Shown: positions 30,800 to 32,000 of the stretch, one piece after another | Layout: each line of letters begins with the position of its first letter | Position numbering within the stretch: position 1 is the stretch's first letter | From: Mesoplasma florum L1 | Lineage (GTDB): Bacteria; Bacillota_I; Bacilli_A; Mycoplasmatales; Mycoplasmataceae | Assembly: GCF_000008305.1 (NCBI RefSeq) | Contig: NC_006055.1 | Coordinates: 360,001 to 392,000, forward strand | DNA: 32,000 nucleotides | Direction of reading: 5' to 3' | Translations under genes and position numbers: made by a program | The notes under the pieces: model-generated | The model's database searches: none | What the model was told of the DNA's origin: nothing | The model's input: only the letters and a program-made list of their open reading frames with translations

Positions 30800-31624
30800 T
30801 TATTCTCCTTTAAAATGTTTTATTGCATATGCTTTATCTTGATTTAATAAATCTTTCAGTTCGTCTAAGTTATTTACTTTAATACTTTCACGTATAAAAT
30901 CAATAATTTCTACATCGATTCCTCATCCATAAATATCTTGATCAAAATCTAAAATATGACTCTCAAATACATTAACTCCATTTTTATTAGTTCAATAAGC
31001 GCTAATACTTGGATATGCTTTTTCGTCATTTGGTAATTTAGTAGTTGTTAAATAAACAGCTTCTTTCAAAATCAACTCATCATTAATAATGATATTTGCA
31101 GTTGGATAATTAATTGTTCTCCCAATGTGGTTACCATGCTCAACAAAACCTTTAAAACCAAAATTAAAACCATTTAAATTTTTATATTCTTGAATTTTTC
31201 CTAATTTTAAAAACTCTTCACTCTTTTTAATATCATTATTAAGTTTTTCATCATATTTAATAATTGTTTTATCTTCAAAAGCTGTTTCAATTTTGGCTAG
31301 ATCTGAATTGTTATCAAATAAATAAACTTTTTGAATATTTAAATCTTGTTTAATTCTTTCATAATTATATTCTTGATTAAATGAATGTCATAAAACAAGT
31401 TCACAATCTAAATCTTTGGCTTTTTGCTCAATTCCTTTATTTGGAATTATATTTTTAAAGTTACTAATTTCTTTTTGAATCAAAATAACTTTTAAATTGT
31501 TCTCTTTCGCTTTTTTAATTAAATTAGTTTCATTTTCATCTCATTTATCAAATTCTGCAAATACAGCTACTGTTTGAGGCAAATTTCATAGCATCATTAG
31601 CATTTCATTATAGTGTATAGTCAT
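30800..31624 (-). CDS. ribF: Riboflavin kinase / FAD synthetase-like protein (274 aa); absent from the supplied ORF track
   Basis: ATG at 31624 follows the RBS gggggaga. The ORF is interrupted only by TGA (6 codons) and ends at the TAA at 30800-30802. The riboflavin-kinase signature is GFVEHGNHIGRTINYPTANI, followed by ...FESHILDFDQDIYG. The N-terminal adenylyltransferase half is divergent. Confidence 0.75.
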
Positions 31625-31751
31625 TTTGTTTCTCCCCCACTTAATACAATTTAATTTAATTATATTTTTAAAATTCAAATTAATGTTGTACTAAATTATT
31701 AATTTATTTCTATTTTACATTATAATTATAAAATGTGAAAAGGAGAAAATT

Positions 31752-32000
31752 ATGGCTGAAAAAAAAACAAGCTAAAAGCAAAATTAAAATTGTTAAACCA
31801 CTAAAAAAAGAAACCAAAAAAACAAAAGAATTACTTTCTGATTTAAACGTTAAAATTAACAATAGCGAAGTTTCAGAAAAAGAAAAAAGATTGACTTTAA
31901 TTAAAACTCATAAAAAAATTACAAATCTTTTATTAAAAACTATTCCATATTTATTATTCTTATTTATTTTAGATGTTGTAATGTTGAGTGTCATTACAGT
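31752..32000 (+). pseudogene. Membrane-protein gene whose RBS-served ATG is out of frame with the long ORF because of an A9 tract (frameshift, phase-variable or mis-assembled); 3' end lies outside the window
   Basis: The aggag RBS (31741-31745) lies 6 nt upstream of the ATG at 31752. Translation gives MAEKKTS* with a stop at 31773. The A9 run is at 31759-31767. The +1 frame is open from 31732 to the window end (…QAKSKIKIVKPLKKETKK…TIPYLLFLFILDVVMLSVIT, with a TM helix). An in-frame GTG at 31735 without an RBS is the only alternative start. Confidence 0.5.

Noticed and set aside
1-32000. rRNA, tRNA, transposase or integrase genes
   Set aside because: I saw no GC-enriched structured stretch characteristic of stable RNAs. 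No ORF has DDE, tyrosine-recombinase or serine-recombinase motifs. This was an eye scan only, and tRNAscan-SE or Infernal would be decisive.

Overview
This is an AT-rich, Mollicutes-type chromosomal segment, probably from the Mycoplasma mycoides cluster or Entomoplasmatales (inference from composition and gene content only). It has to be read with genetic code 4 (TGA = Trp). The supplied standard-code ORF track splits almost every real gene, and the fragments re-join in frame across TGA codons that fall at conserved Trp positions. Two genes are missing from the track entirely: ribF and a 277-aa membrane protein.

Gene order:
- 3' end of a ParC/GyrA-type topoisomerase gene.
- RpiR regulator, PTS EIIA-B-C permease, GH1 6-phospho-beta-glucosidase.
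- Terminator-bounded pair: a 905-aa PLD-nuclease/SF2-helicase/DUF3427 protein and a membrane-anchored alpha/beta hydrolase.
- GntR regulator, GH31 alpha-glucosidase, a second paralogous PTS EIIA-B-C.
- A small accessory cluster: a divergent Abi_2-like HEPN gene, then a ThsB-like TIR-like gene 3 nt upstream of the hidden single-pass membrane protein gene.
- RecD2 helicase and a 4-TM protein.
- A minus-strand surface operon: membrane protein, GDSL lipase lipoprotein, 672-aa lipoprotein.
- A 1.6-kb cassette with a second HEPN (Rx4H) gene, bracketed by a perfect 34-bp direct repeat that duplicates the 3' end of dinB.
- A compact housekeeping run on the minus strand: dinB, tlyA, xseB, xseA, nusB, nfo, ribF.
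- A membrane-protein gene whose RBS-served ATG is out of frame because of an A9 tract.

The best candidate for an undescribed system is the HEPN / TIR-like / TM-protein cluster at 15.2-17.2 kb. It resembles Thoeris but has no recognisable ThsA. The next candidates are the dinB-associated HEPN cassette and the PLD-helicase-DUF3427 unit. I saw no rRNA, tRNA, CRISPR array, transposase or integrase.
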